Assembly: GCF_036365525.1 (NCBI RefSeq)
Contig: NW_027142325.1
Span: 124,001 to 188,000 of the forward strand
Reading direction: 5' to 3'
DNA length: 64,000 nt
Origin: Heterodontus francisci
Taxonomy: Eukaryota
Part shown: positions 1 through 13,104 of the stretch, piece after piece
How the letters are laid out: each line of letters begins with the position of its first letter
Numbering within the stretch: position 1 is the first letter of the stretch
The notes under the pieces: model-generated
The model's database searches: none
What the model saw: only the letters and a program-made list of their open reading frames with translations
Told to the model about the DNA's origin: nothing
Position numbers and translations under genes: made by a program

Positions 1-1683
1 TGGGATATGATGAAATGGCCAAGGCATTAAACAGGTATTTTGTATCGGTCTTCACAGTGGAGGACATTAATAACATGCCAGTAATTGACAAAGAGACGAA
101 CGTAGGTGAGGACCTGGAAACAATCATTATTACGGAAGAGGTAGTGTTGGGCCAGCTAATGGAGCTAAGGATTGATAAGTCTCCTGGCCCTAATGGAATG
201 TCCCAGCTGATTGGAAAACAGCAGATGTGACGCCACTGTTTAAAAAGGGAGGTAGACAAAAGATGGGGAATTATAGACCGGTTAGCTTAACCTCTGCAGT
301 GGGGAAGATGCTTGAGTCTATTATCAAGGAAGAAATAGCAGGGCATCTCGATAGAAATTGTCCCGTTGGGCAGACGCAGCATGGGTTCATGAAGGGCAGG
401 TCATGCTTGACAAATCTTTTGGAATTCTATGATGACATTACGAGCAAGGTGGACAATGGGGACCCAGTGGATGTGGTGTACCTAGATTTCCAAAAGGCCT
501 TAGACAAGGTGCCGCACAAGAGGCTGCTGCATAAGATAATGATGCATGGCGTCAGGGGTAAAGTATTAGCATGGATAGAGGATTGGTTGACTAACAGGAA
601 GCAGAGAGTGGGGATAAATGAGTGCTATTCTGGTTGGCAATCAGTCACTAGTGGTGTGCCTCAGGGATCGGTGTTGGGACCGCAATTATTTACAATTTAT
701 ATAGATGATTTGGAGTTGGGGACCACGTGTAGGGTGTCAAAGTTTGCAGATGACACTAAGATGAGTGGCAGAGCAAAGTATGCAGATGACTGTGAAACTT
801 TGCAGAGGAACATAGATACATTGAGTGAGTGGGCAAAGGTCTGGCAGACGGAATACAATGTTAATAAATGTGAAGTCATTCATTTCGGTAGGAGTAACAG
901 TAAAAACGATTATTACTTGAATGGTAAAAAGTTGCAGCATGCTACTATGCAGAGGGACCTGGGTGTCCTTGTGCATGAATCGCAGAAGGTTGGTCTGCAG
1001 GTACAGCAAGTAATTAGGAAGGCAAATGGAATTTTGTCCTTCATTGCTAAAGGGATTGAGTTTAAAAGCAGAGAGGTTATGTTGCAGCTGTATAAGGTAC
1101 TGGTGAGGCCGCACCTGGAGTACTGTGTGCAGTTTTGGTCTCCTTACTTGAGAAAGGATATACTGGCACTGGAGAGGGTGCAGAGGAGGTTCACTAGGTT
1201 GATTCCAGAGTTGAGGGGGTTGGCTTATGAGGAGAGACTGAGTAGATTGGGATTATATTCATTGGAATTCAGAAGAATGAGGGGGGATCTTACAGAAACA
1301 TATAAAATCATGAAGGGAATAGATAAGATACAAGTAGAGAGGATGTTTCCACTGGCAGGTGAAGCTAGGACAAGAGGGCATAGCCTCAAGATTAGAGGGA
1401 GCAGATTTAGGACTGAATTAAGAAGGAACTTCTTCACCCAGAGGGTTGCTAATCTGTGGAATTCCTTGCCCAGTGAAGTAGTTGACGCTTCTCCAGTAAA
1501 CGTTTTTAAAGCTAAGGTAAATATCTTTTTGAACAATAAAGGAATTAAGGGATACGGTGGGAGCGCGGGTAAGTGGATCTGAGTCCACGAAAAGATCAGC
1601 CATGATCTTATTGAATCGCGGAGCAGGCTTAAGTGGCCGGACGGCCTACTCCTGCTCCTAGTTCTGATGATCTTATGATCTTA
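1..1683 (+). mobile_element. CR1 LINE, 3' part (ORF2 reverse transcriptase to 3' tail)
   Basis: The 451-aa ORF 227-1582 has CR1 RT motifs ([44 protein letters not shown]). It ends in the CR1 3' UTR cctactcctgctcct plus a (tcttatga)n tail. There is a small internal deletion near 200. Confidence 0.95.
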
Positions 1684-1702
1684 TTACTCTGTATCTTGCC
1701 CG

Positions 1703-4700
1703 TTTTTTTCATCTCTATTTTTATAATATGGCCTTTATGCCCCAGGACCCTTTTATATATTTTATGTCGAGGTGGCCTTTATTTTTCTGGCCCCCTTTAT
1801 ATACATTTTATAAAAATAACTTTATTAAAAAAAGATAAATAAAACAAAACTCAAATTAAAATGCCATTCTCGGCATCAATTATGCACTCCAGCCCCGACA
1901 GTGCTCACCGGTCGTGGAAGGCCTCAAGCGTACCGGCGGACGCCGCATGCTCCTTCTCCGGGGACAACTGGGCACGAACGTAACTGCGGAAGAGGGGCAG
2001 GCAATCAGGGAGGACGGACCCCCCGATGACCCGCAGCCTGGAAATGTGAATTGCCACCTTGGCCAGGCCCAGGAGCAGACCAATGAGGAGATCCTCCTCC
2101 CGGCCCACGCCCCTCCGCATCGGGTGCCCAAAGATCAGGAGCGTGGGGCTGAAGTGCAACCAAAACCTGAGGAGTAGCCCCTTCAAATACTCAAACAGGG
2201 GCTGCAACCTCGCACACTCCATATACACGTGGAAAACGGACTCATCCGGACCGCAGAATTTACAGGCGGCCTGGGAGTCCGTGAACCTACTTAAAAGTCT
2301 ATAGCACGGGACTGCCCTGTGCAACACCCTCCACCCGAGGCCCCCAATGTAAAGGAGGATTCCCGCATAGAGAGACCTCCATCGGGGTTTCCCCTTGCTG
2401 CCAGATGGCAACACGGACTGCCAGGGCGTGTCTGACCAGCTGATGAGGGCGAGGAAGTGGAGAGTGAGCAGGAGCAGCCCGCACAGGAAACCCCTCCCCC
2501 CCAATTGGAATGACCCGGAGGGCATTTCCGATGAGCAGTTCCGGCCAAGCCCCCTCGTCACCCGCAGTGAGGGGCGTCCTGGGGGCTTCAGCTACTTATT
2601 CGGCCGTCGGTCCATCCCTGGGGCCGGCCCACCAGACAGCCAGTTTTTAAGCAGGCGGAGATCGCCCCTCTTCGGCAGCAGGACGATGACCACCCTGCGC
2701 CACGAGACGGGCATCTCCCCGGTCGCCAGGCTTTCCCCCAGGACCTGCGCGTAATCATCCCTCAGGATGTCCCAGAATGCCCTGAGGAACTCCACGGTCA
2801 GCCCGTCCAGCCCTGGGAATTTGCCCCTCGAGAGCTGGTGGAGGGCGCCAGTCAGCTCCGCCAACGTGAGCGGAGCCTCCAATCCTTTGGCGCCCTCCGG
2901 GCTGACCTGCGGCTGGTCCTCCCACAAAACTCTGCGCGCGTCCTCGCTGGACGGATCCGGAGAGAACAACGCACTGTAATAAGTACGGACCAGGAGGTCC
3001 ATTCCCTCTGGATCTGTGACGGAGGATCCGTTGTCAGCCAGCAGCTCAGCGAGCTGCTTACGGACATCCCGCCATTTTTCCAGCGAGTAGAAGAAGGGTG
3101 AGGCGTTGTCCAAATCTTCCAGGATCTGGATCCTCGACCTCACGTATGCGCCTCGGGACCCTATGTGCTGCAGGTCCTCAGCGCGCCCTTCTCTTTGTAC
3201 GCCTACCACAGGGCCAGGTCCGCGACGGCATGACCGAGGCGGGACTCCAAGTCGAGCACCTCCCTCTCTAGGTGCCTGATCTCGGCTTCCCGCCTCTTGG
3301 TCGACCCCTTCGCGTACTCCTGACTGAAGACGCGGATGTGAGTCTTGCCCACATCCCACCATAGCCTCAAGGAGGGGAAGCCCCCCTGCTTCCTTCTCCA
3401 GTCAGCCCAGAATCGACGGAATGAGTCCCGGAATCGCTCATCTTCCAGCAGCCGGTTGTTAAAGTGCCAGTACGCGGACCCCGTGTGAGGAGCGGAATGA
3501 ACTCTGCCCACACCAGGTGGTGGTCCAAGCACTGCACCAGCCGCATGGAGGCTGCCGAGACGCGGGAGACGAGCGCCTGCAAAAAGTAGAGGCAGCCGAT
3601 TCGGGACCCTCCTCCTCCAGACCTCCAGGTGAAGGCGCTGGAGTTGGGATGGAGATTCCGCCAGACGTCCACCAAGTTAAGGGAGCTGATCAGTTCCCTC
3701 AACTTCTCCACCGACGCTTCGCCGCGCTGGGGACCGCAGCGATCCTCCACCTCGAGGGTGCAGTTAAAATCCCCCCCAAGGATGATGCACTTGCCGCTAT
3801 CGATGGAGCTCAAGAGAGCGGACACTTCTTCAAAGAAGCGTGTGGGTTTCCTGCAGAAAATTCACCGCATATCTCCCTTCCCTGAGGACTGAGAGATTGT
3901 GAAATCTGCGGTGAGACCCCCTGCTGCCGTTGATGTTGAGGCTGGCTATGGTTATCTTCATGTCAAAGGTACTTAAAACCCGTCACCAACACCTCACTGT
4001 GAGGAGGGAACGGAAGTTCACCTGGCCCTCCACTCCCCCAGCAACCCATCGAGGAACGCATTAAAACGGCACCTCTCAACCAGTTTCGTGCCCGCACCCT
4101 TGCCCGCTTTCTTGAGGGCGGCATGGACAGACTGGATGATCAGCTCCAGACTCGACCAACGGCCGAGGGCCAGCTGAACTTTATCGCGGCAACCCCTGCA
4201 AGCCGCGAGGAAATCCCAGTGTTCCGCCGTGGGGATGAGAGGAGACTCGGTGGGAGGCACGAGGGACTCCACCACCTCACTGGCAATGGAATCAAGGTTG
4301 TCCTCCATGCCCCGCACCGAGTCCCCATCCTCCTCCTGGTTGTCACTGCCAGCGGTCGACACACCCACCACACACTGTGGGCGGACGTCCCAGCCGCGCC
4401 AGCTGGTCCCGCCTCCGTCACGATCCCACCCACAGGATCGATGGCCGAGGAGTCCCCTCTGGGTTCTAAGATGGAACTGGAGCCTGTGGGCACCAGCGGT
4501 TCAGGACCCCGCTCCACCTCTGTCCCCAGGCCAATGAGCGGTCCAGGGGAGACGGAAGTTCCCGACTCCGGAAATCCAGCCGGTGCTGAGACCGGAGGTG
4601 AAGAGAGGAGGCCATCTCCCGCTCCGCCAGCACCCACAGGCCCAGCAGATGGGGCAGCATTTTCAGTTATAACCAGGTTGGGTGTCTCCGGGTTGTCAGT

Positions 4701-6648
4701 GGATTCTGGCTGGGAGGGCCGACCCTTTGGGGGCTCGCCCTCCCCTCCACGCAGGCCACCGGACCCAGTGGCAGAACGGGAGGCTTCTCCAGAAGCGTCC
4801 CCAGACTCCCCCACCACAAGTAGGGCTTCAATTGCTCCCACAGGAGGGGCTGCATGTAGCGGGGCCTCCCCCTCCCCTCCATCCTGAAGAATAGGGAGCT
4901 CCTACCCAGACTTTGCAGTCTTGATGTTGGTGGTGGTAGGGGGAATCTGGGGACCCGAAACAGGAGACAGCTCCCCTCCAACAGATGGGCCCTGCACCTC
5001 AGGGCCCTGTGTTACCTCTGTGGAGGGGTGCCTTCTCCTCTTTTTCCCGCTGGGGCACAGAGGCTCAGAGACCTCCATGTCATCAGAGGCCTCCGCACCC
5101 TTTTTTTTTTAGTTACTCTGGGCCTGAGCCCAGCCCTGGGACAGGTGGATTCCCTGGGAGCGGGCCTTGGGCTGAGCCCAGGCTCAGGTTGTGTCACGGC
5201 GTCCAGGGAACGAGCCTCTCAGTGTTTACTTTTCCTCCGCGTCTTCCTTCCACTCGGACGGGCACTCCCCTCCCCGCCGGAGGCTGTGAAAACCACAGCC
5301 TCCGGAACCGACTGAGCGGTGTCTGTTGGATGTGTGGGGTGAGTGGGAGGAGGTGCAGTGTCGCCACCCTGGGCCGCCGAAGTGGAACTGGCGGCCGGGA
5401 GGTTGGGGCAGTTCTTATGAACATGCCCCACCCCCTTGCAGACGTGGCACCACACCCCGTCTAAGGTCCAAAAGACGTGGTAGACCGTCCCTGGAACTCC
5501 ACACTGAAGTGGTCCTCCAAGACCTCCTCCCACGCCAGCTGCATAAATAGCTGGCGGCGGAAGGAGTAGACATGTCGGAGGCTGTGCTCCCGAAGACTAA
5601 GCCGGACTGGGGTGATCCCCGACCTCACCTCCCCCAGATGGTGCAGGTGGGGAAGGAGGAGCTCACTGGGAATAAAGGGCGGCACATTTGATAACATTAT
5701 CCGCTGCGCAGTGGCCCCTAGAGGGTTCACCGGCAGGAAAGTCCAACCCACAGTGAGCCCTTTATTCAGGGCCAGGGGCACGGCCCGCTCGGTCTTCAGG
5801 AAGAACACAGCCTGCCCGTACATTTTTGAGGCTGCCACAATGGCTGAGGGGCCGACAACCTCGGCCATTGCCTTTACGCAGGCCTCTATAGACATTGGGG
5901 TGGGGATAGCTCTTTACCCCATGGCTCGAAGTAATGAATTTAAAAGGTGACGGGGTCACACGGGCGGCCACAGAGGCTACAGCCGCATAGGTATGAGAAG
6001 GCCCCGCCACCAGTGATGATGGGCTTGCCATGGTTCAAGAGCCAAACCCATCCCCAAATTGCAGGCAAACAAGCAAAAACAAAGAAACCAACTAGTAGGT
6101 TTGGGGAGAGGCTGAGGGAATACAGGAAAGGGGAAAGACAGGTTGCAAGCGATGACTTTGCTTTTTTTTTCTCCTTGAAGGGTGGTACTCAGAGCACTGT
6201 AAACACTCCTGGTCTTCCGGTTTTCTGGTTGTGGGAGGGGTCTTTTCCTGGGTCAGCCGAAAGCTGCCCAGGCACTAGTTAGATCCTTCTGTCTCTATAG
6301 CCAGGCAGCTTCAGCTGACTCAGGCTGGGCAATTAGGGTGGGGAGGGAGCTTCCTTGTGTATTCAGTGCAATGGCACAGATCCCTGCAGAATTGTACAGC
6401 CCCCACCCCTTGTTGTTCCGGCCTCTTCCACCTCCCACAACAGTCCAAATGAATTAAAGCCTGGTGCTCGACACCCACCTCGAAATACAGCCTTATTGCC
6501 AAAGTCTTTCCTCCTCTGCAGCAAAAGTTGTTCAAAATTTTGCAGTTCAGTCCTCAGCTCTCCCTCTACAACAGCACCTCCAGCAACTGACTGCAGCACT
6601 ATCAGCTGCACCTCGTTGATGCACTCAGCACCTCCAACTGGTTAGCAG
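1703..6648 (-). mobile_element. Tx1-clade L1 non-LTR retrotransposon, copy A (internally deleted, RT missing)
   Basis: Colinear with copy B. ORF1 starts at 6031 (MASPSS..., zinc knuckle CHVCKGVGHVHKNC). ORF2 starts at 3961 (MKITIASLNING; APE motifs GDFN and DH; C-terminal CKFC...HVYMEC). Poly(A) remnant at 1703. About 1.3 kb of RT is deleted at ~2640 and part of the APE domain at ~3840. Confidence 0.9.
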
Positions 6649-6657
6649 CTAACCCCG

Positions 6658-6993
6658 TTTTTTTTTTTCTTTTTTTTTTAGCTGCAAGACGGAGGAGTCG
6701 CTGGAGGAGGTGGAGGGTGAGAGACGCTGCCCAGAGGGGTCGGGATGGGTCGGGCGGCCCGGGATCCGGGGTAGGGAGTCACAGGGGGCGGGGGGAAGGG
6801 GATTAATGCCCCCCAACTCTTTCTGCCGCCCTCCTTTCCCCCCATTTTTTTCCCATGCGGATTCCCTATGTAAACAGGTCACGCTGCAGTTCCAGCTTAC
6901 GGCCACTGGCGGCGCTGCAGTTTGAGGCCTGGATTTTTAAAAACCCACAGCCTGGGCTGAGGGGCGGCTTCAGTCTGGGAAATGCAGACCTGG
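6658..6993 (-). mobile_element. Short GC-rich polyadenylated retroposed insert of unknown origin
   Basis: A T-tract at 6658-6679 follows ctaaccccg directly, and the target repeat resumes with tgctgtccc at 6994. No similarity to the Tx1 3' UTR is visible. Confidence 0.6.
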
Positions 6994-7052
6994 TGCTGTC
7001 CCGGGCTGTATGATAGAGAATCCAGGGAGCTTTACTCTGTATCTAACCCCCG
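6994..7052 (+). repeat. Degenerate unit of the ~60-67 bp target repeat
   Basis: tgctgtccc...gggagctttactctgtatctaacccccg matches the units at 13791-13915. Confidence 0.75.
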
Positions 7053-7293
7053 TTTTTTTTTTTTTTTGTTTTTTTTTTTTGTTTTTTTTTTGTTTTTTTT
7101 TGTTTTTTTTTAGGTGACCTTTATACCCCAGGCCCCTTTTATATATATTTTTATGTCGAGGGGGCCTTTATTCCTCAGGCCCCCATTATATATATTTTTA
7201 TGTCGAGGGGGCCTTTATTCCTCAGGCCCCCTTTATATACATACTTATATTTTTAAAATAACTTTATTAACACCAGATAACTAAACAAAAAAC

Positions 7294-10200
7294 TCAAATT
7301 AAAATGCCATTCTCGGCGTCGACGATGCACTCCAGTCCCTGCGGTGCCCACCGGTCGCGGAAGGCCTCAAGCGTACCGGCGGACACCGCATGCTCCTTTT
7401 CCAGGGACACCCAGGCGCGAACGTAACCGTGGAAGAGGGGCAGGCAAACGGGGAGGACGGACCCCCCGACGGCCCGCAACCTGGACCTGTGAATTGCCAC
7501 CTTGGCCAGGCCCAGGAGCAGACCGACGAGGAGATCCTCCTCCCGGCCCAAGCCCCTCCGCACCGGGTGCCCAAAGATCAGGAGCGTGGGACTGAAGTGC
7601 AGCCAGAATTTGAGGAGCAGCCCCTTCAGATACTCAAATAGGGGCTGCAACCTCGCACACTCCATATAAATGTGGAACACGGACTCGTCCAGGCCGCAGA
7701 AAGTACAGCTGGCCTGGGAGTCCGTGAACCTACTTAAAAGCCTATTGCACGGGACTGCTCTGTGCAGCACCCTCCACCCCAGGTCCCCGATGTAAAGGGG
7801 GAAGACTCCCGCGTCGAGAGACCTCCATCGGGGTTTCCCCTCGCCGCCAGATGGCAACGCGGACCGCCAGGGCGTGTCCGGCCGGCTGACGAGGGCGAGG
7901 AAGTGGAGAGTGTGCAGGAGCAGCCCGTACAGGAAACCCCTCCGCGCCGATTGGAATGGCACGGAGGGCATTTCCTAGAGGCGGCTCGGGTTGTGCGGGA
8001 CCGGCTCCCGAGGAGGGTTTCGGGGCCTGGGTCCGATGAGCAGTTCCGGCCGAGCGGGGGTCAGCTCGGCCGGGATCGCTCCGCACTCCCGAGCCCCCTC
8101 GCCATCCGCAGTGAGGGGCGTCCCGGGGGTTTCGGCTACTCCTCCGCCCGCCGGACCGTCCCCGGAGTCGGCCGCCCGGACAGCCGAGGCGCTCTCCTCC
8201 GCCGGCGGGGGAGCGCCCTGACTGGAGGCGACCATGTTCCAGACTCGGAAAAGATCCCGGTAAAAGACAGGCAACTCCCTCAGAGAGGCGCGGCTAACGG
8301 ACTCCACCGGGAGCTGCGTGTCGTCTTGAAGGCAGTGACACTGGCGGAAAAAATACGTCGCCAGCGCACACCATCTGGGAGGACGCTCGACGTACAGGTA
8401 TCTCTGCAGGGTCCGAAGGCGGAGAGTCGCAGCCTGGGTGCGGACGCACACCAGCGACTGACCGCCCTCCTCGATCGGGAGACTCAGGACCGCGGCAGAG
8501 ACCCAGTGTTTCCTCTTGCCCCAGAAGAAATCGACGAGTTTCTACTGGATCTTGGTGGCAAATACAGGGGGCGGGGCCAAAGTGACCAACCGGTACCACA
8601 GCATGGAGGCCATCAGTTGGTTTATGACCAACGCTCGGCCCCTGTAGGAAAGCACTCGGAGCAGTCCTGTCCAGCGCCCCAGCCGAGCAGTGACTTTCGC
8701 CTCCAACTCCTGCCAGTTTGCCGGCCAGGCTTCCTCAGCGGGGCTAAGGTGGACTCCCAGATAGAGGAGGTGCGTGGTGCTCCACGCAAAAGGTGTCATC
8801 TCCTCCGGCAGGGAGTCCACCCGCCACTGACCAACCAGGAGTCCGGAACATTTCTCCCAATTGATCCTCGCGGAGGACGCGGCAGAAAAGGTCTGCTGGC
8901 AGTCGCGCATCCTCCGCAAGTCAACGGGATCTGTGATTGCGAGGAGCACGTCGTCGGCGTAAGCCGAGAGGACGACCCGCATGGCCGGCTCGCGCAGAGC
9001 CAATCCCGTCAACCTCCTGCGAAGCAGGCACAGGAAGGGCTCCACGCAGATGGTATACAATTGGCCGGACATGGGGCACCCCTGAGGCACTCCTCTCCCA
9101 AATCGAAGGGGCGCCGTCAAGGACCCGTTAACTTTGACTGGACACTCTGCGGCGGCGTATAAAAGTCGGACCCGGGCCACGAAATGCGGCCCGAGTCCGA
9201 AAGCGCGCAGAGTCCCGAAAAGGTAATCGTGATCCACCCTGTCGAACGCCTTCTCCTGATCGAGGGAGAGAAAGGCGACCGACTGACCAGTCCTCTGGGA
9301 AAGATGGATCAGGTCCCGGACCAGGTGGATGTTGTCCTGGATGGACCGGCCCGGGACCGTGTAGGACTGGTCGGGGTGGATCATGTGGGCCAGCTCGGAG
9401 CCCAGGCGGGTAGACATAGCCCGGGCAAAGATCTTATAATCCGTGCTGAGGAGGGAGACCGGACGCCAGTTTTTAAGCAGGCGGAGATCGCCCCTCTTTG
9501 GCAGCAGGACGATGACCGCCCTGCGCCACGAGAGGGGCATCTCCCCGGTCGCCAGGCTTTCCCCCAGGACCCGCGCGTAATCGTCCCCCAGGACGTCCCA
9601 GAACGCCCTGAGGAACTCCACGGTCAACCCATCCAGCCCTGGGGATTTGCCCCTCGAGAGCTGGTGGAGGGCGCCGGTCAGCTCCGCCAACGTGAGCGGA
9701 GCCTCCAATCCTTCGGCGGCTCCGGGCTGACCTGCGGCAGGTCCTCCCACAAAACTCTGCGCGCATCCTCGCTGGACGGATCCGGAGAGAACAACGCACT
9801 GTAATACGTCCGGACCAGGAGGCCCATTCCCTCCGGATCCGTGATGGAGGATCCGTCGTCGGCCAGCAGCTCGACGAGCTGCTTACGGACCCCCCGCCAT
9901 TTTTCCAGCGAGTAGAAGAAGGGTGAGGCGCGGTCCAAATCTTCCAGGATCTGGATCCGCGACCTCACGTACGCGCCTCGGGACCCTATGAGCTGCAGGT
10001 TCCTCAGCGCGCCCTTCTTTTTGTACGCCTGCCACAGGGCCGGGTCCGCGACGGCATGACCGAGGCGGGATTCCAAGTCGAGCACCTCCCTCTCAAGGCG
10101 CCCGATCTCGGCTTCCCGCCTCTTGGTTGACCCCCTCGCGTACTCCTGACAGAAGACGCGGATGTGAGTCTTGCCCACATCCCACCATAGCCTCAAGGAG

Positions 10201-11027
10201 GGGAAGCCCCCCTGCTTCCTTCTCCAGTCGGCCCAGAATCGACAGAACGAGTCCCGAAATCGCACGTCCTCCAGCAGCCGGTTGTTAAAGTGCCAGTACG
10301 CGGACCCCGCCCGCGTGTGGAGTGGAGTGAACTCCGCCCACACCAGGCGGTGGTCCGAGCACGGCACCAGCCGCATGGAGGCCGCCGAAACGCGGGAGAC
10401 GTACGCCTGCGAAATGTAGAGGTGGTCGATTCGCGACCCCCCTCCTCCAGACCTCCACGTGAAGGCGCTGGAGTCAGGATGGAGATTCCGCCAGACGTCC
10501 ACCAAGTTAAGGGAGCTGATCAGTCCCCTCAACTTCTCCACCGACGCTTGGCCGCGCTGGGGACCGGAGCGATCCCCCACCTCGAGGGTGCAGTTAAAAT
10601 CCCCCCCGAGGATGATGCACTCGCCGCTATCGATGGAGCTCAAGAGAGCGGACACTTCTTCAAAGAAGCGCGCTTGCAACGCGCTGGGCCTGGGCGCGTA
10701 CACGTTCACAAAGTGGAGCGGCACGCTACCCAGGTGAACGGCGAGGTGGAGCAAGTGGCCCGGCACTAGCTCCTTGACCCCCAAGATCTCCGGCTGAAAA
10801 GTCGGGGCCAACAAGATAGCCACCCCACTAGAAATAGGGGTGAGGTGACTCATGTAGACCCCACCCTGCCACTCCAGGAGCCAGGTGGCTTTGTCTCCCG
10901 GAACGGTGTGGGTTTCCTGCAGAAAGCTCACCGCGTATCTCCCTTCCCTAAGGACTGAGAGATTGTGAAATCTGCGGTGAGCCCCTCTGCTGCCGTTGAT
11001 GTTGAGGCTGGCTATGGTTATCTTCAT
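7294..11027 (-). pseudogene. Tx1 ORF2 (APE endonuclease - RT - C-terminal zinc finger)
   Basis: Motifs MKITIASLNINGS, LQETH, GGDFN, SDH, KSPGLDG, WRPVSLL, LDQEKAFD, QGCPMS, YADD and CTFC...HIYMEC. One frameshift (~9715) and two in-frame TAG stops (~8543, ~7976). Confidence 0.92.
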
Positions 11028-11059
11028 GTCAAAGGTACTTAAAACCCGTCACCAACACC

Positions 11060-13104
11060 TCACTGTGAGGAGGGAGTGGAAGTGCACCTGGCCCTCCACT
11101 CCCCCAGCAACCCATTGAGGAACACATTAAAACGGCGCCTCTCAACCAGTTTCACGTCCGCGCGCTTGCCCGCTATCTTAAGGGCGGCACGGACGGACTG
11201 GATGATCAGCGCCAGATTCGACCAACGGTCGAGGGCCAGCTGAACTTTATTGCGGCAACCTCTGCAAGCCGCGAGGAAATCCCGGAGTTCCGCCGTGGGG
11301 ATGAGAGGAGATTCGGTGGGAGGCACGAGGGACTCCACCACCTCACTGGCGATGGAATCAAGATCATCCTCCGTGCCCCGCACCGAATCCCCATCCTCCT
11401 CCGGGTCGTCACCGCCAGCGGCCGACACATCCACCACACACTGTGGGGCAGACGTCCCGGCCGCGCCAGCTGGTCCCGCCTCCGTCACGATCCCACCCCC
11501 AGGATCAATGGCGGAGGAGTCCTCTCTGGGTTCTATTGTGAAACTGGAGCCTGTAGGCACCAGCGGTTCAGGACCCCCCTCCACCTCCATCACCCAGGCC
11601 AATGAGTGGTCCAGGGGAGACAGAAGTTCCGGACTCCGGGAAACCAGCCGGAGCCAAGACTGGAGGCGGCGAGAGGAGGCCATCTCCCGCTCCGCCAGCA
11701 CCCACAGGCCCAGCAGATGGGGCAGCATTCTCAGTTATAACTGGGTCGGGTGTCTCCTGGTTGGTGGTGGACTCCGGCTGGGAGGCCCGACCCTCTGGGG
11801 CCTCGCCCTCCCCTTCATTCAGGGCACCCGACCCAGTAGCAGTGGCGGAATGGGCGGTTTCCCCAGGCTCCCCCACCACAAGCAGGGCCCCACTTACTCC
11901 TTCAGGAGGGGCCTCACGTACCGGGGCCATCCCCTCCCCTCCATCCTGAGGAATAGGGAGCACCTGCCCGGACTTTGCAGCCTTGGTGGTGGCGGTAGGG
12001 GGAACCTGAGGACCAGAAACAGGAGGCAGCTCCCCTCCAACAGATGGGCCCTGCACCTCAGGGCCCTGTGTTATTTCTGTGGAGGGGTGCCTTCTCCTCT
12101 TTTTCGCATTTGGGCGCGGAGACTCAGAGACCTCCATGTCATCAGAGGCCTCCGCCTCCGCACCCTTTTTTCCCTTTTTAGTCACCCTGGGCCTGAGCCC
12201 AGCCCTGGGACAGGTGGATTCCATGGGAATGGGCTTTGGGCTGAGCTCAGGCTCGGGTTGAGTCAAAGTGGCCAGGGGACGCGCCTCACGATGTTTCTTT
12301 TTTTCCCCGCGTCTTCCTTCCGCTCGGTCGGACGCTCCCCTCCCCGCCAGAGGCTGTGAAAACCACAGCCTCCGGAACCGACTGAGCGGTGTCTGTTGGA
12401 TGTGTGGGGGGAGTGGGAGGAGGTGCTGTGGAACCACTCTGGGCCGCCGAGGTGGAGCTGGCGGCCGGGAGGTTGGGGCAGTTCTTACGAACATGCCCCA
12501 CCCCCTTGCAGACGTGGCACCGCGCCCCGTCCGAGGTCCAAAAGACGCGGTAGGCTGTCCCCTGGAACTCCACATTAAATTGGCCCTCCGTGTCCTCCTC
12601 CCATGCCAGCTGCATAAATAACTGGCGGCGGAAGGAGTAGACATGTTGGAGGCTGTGCTCCCGAAGACCAAGCCGGACTGGGGTGATCCCCGACCTCACC
12701 TCCCCCAGATGGTGCAGGTGGGGGAGGAGGAGCTCACTGGGAATGAAGGGTGGGACGTTGGACAACATTATCCGATGCGCAGTGGCCCCCAGAGGGTCCA
12801 CTGGCAGGAAGGTCCCCCCCACAGTGAGCCCTTTACTCAGGGCCAGGGACACCGCCCGCTCGGTCTTCAAAAAGAACACAGCCTTCCCATACATCTTTGA
12901 GGCCGCAACAATGGCCGAGGGGCCGACAACCACGGCCATTGCCTTAACGCAGGCCTCAATAGACATGTTGGGGTGGGGATAGCTCTTCACCCCATGGCTG
13001 CATGTCAATAATTTAAAGGGTGACGGGGCCACGTGGGCAGCCACAGAAGCTGCAGCTGCGTAGATAGTAGAGGGCCCCGCCACCGGTGATGAAGGGCTTG
13101 CCAT
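11060..13104 (-). pseudogene. Tx1 ORF1 (gag-like: RRM-like region, CCHC zinc knuckle, long Pro/Glu-rich region), frameshifted
   Basis: Joined from ORF pieces 13104-12286, 12671-11568 and 11728-11060. Motifs LSNVPPFI and CHVCKGVGHVRKNC. Confidence 0.85.

Noticed and set aside
227-1582. Domesticated RT host gene
   Set aside because: An ordinary CR1 ORF2 with its LINE tail and an upstream deletion.
6898-6920. CTCF-like motif ggccactggcggcgctg
   Set aside because: One base short of the consensus spacing.
7762-12359. Long + strand ORFs (466 aa, 369 aa, 206 aa)
   Set aside because: Antisense shadows of the GC-rich Tx1 coding sequence, with no recognisable motifs.
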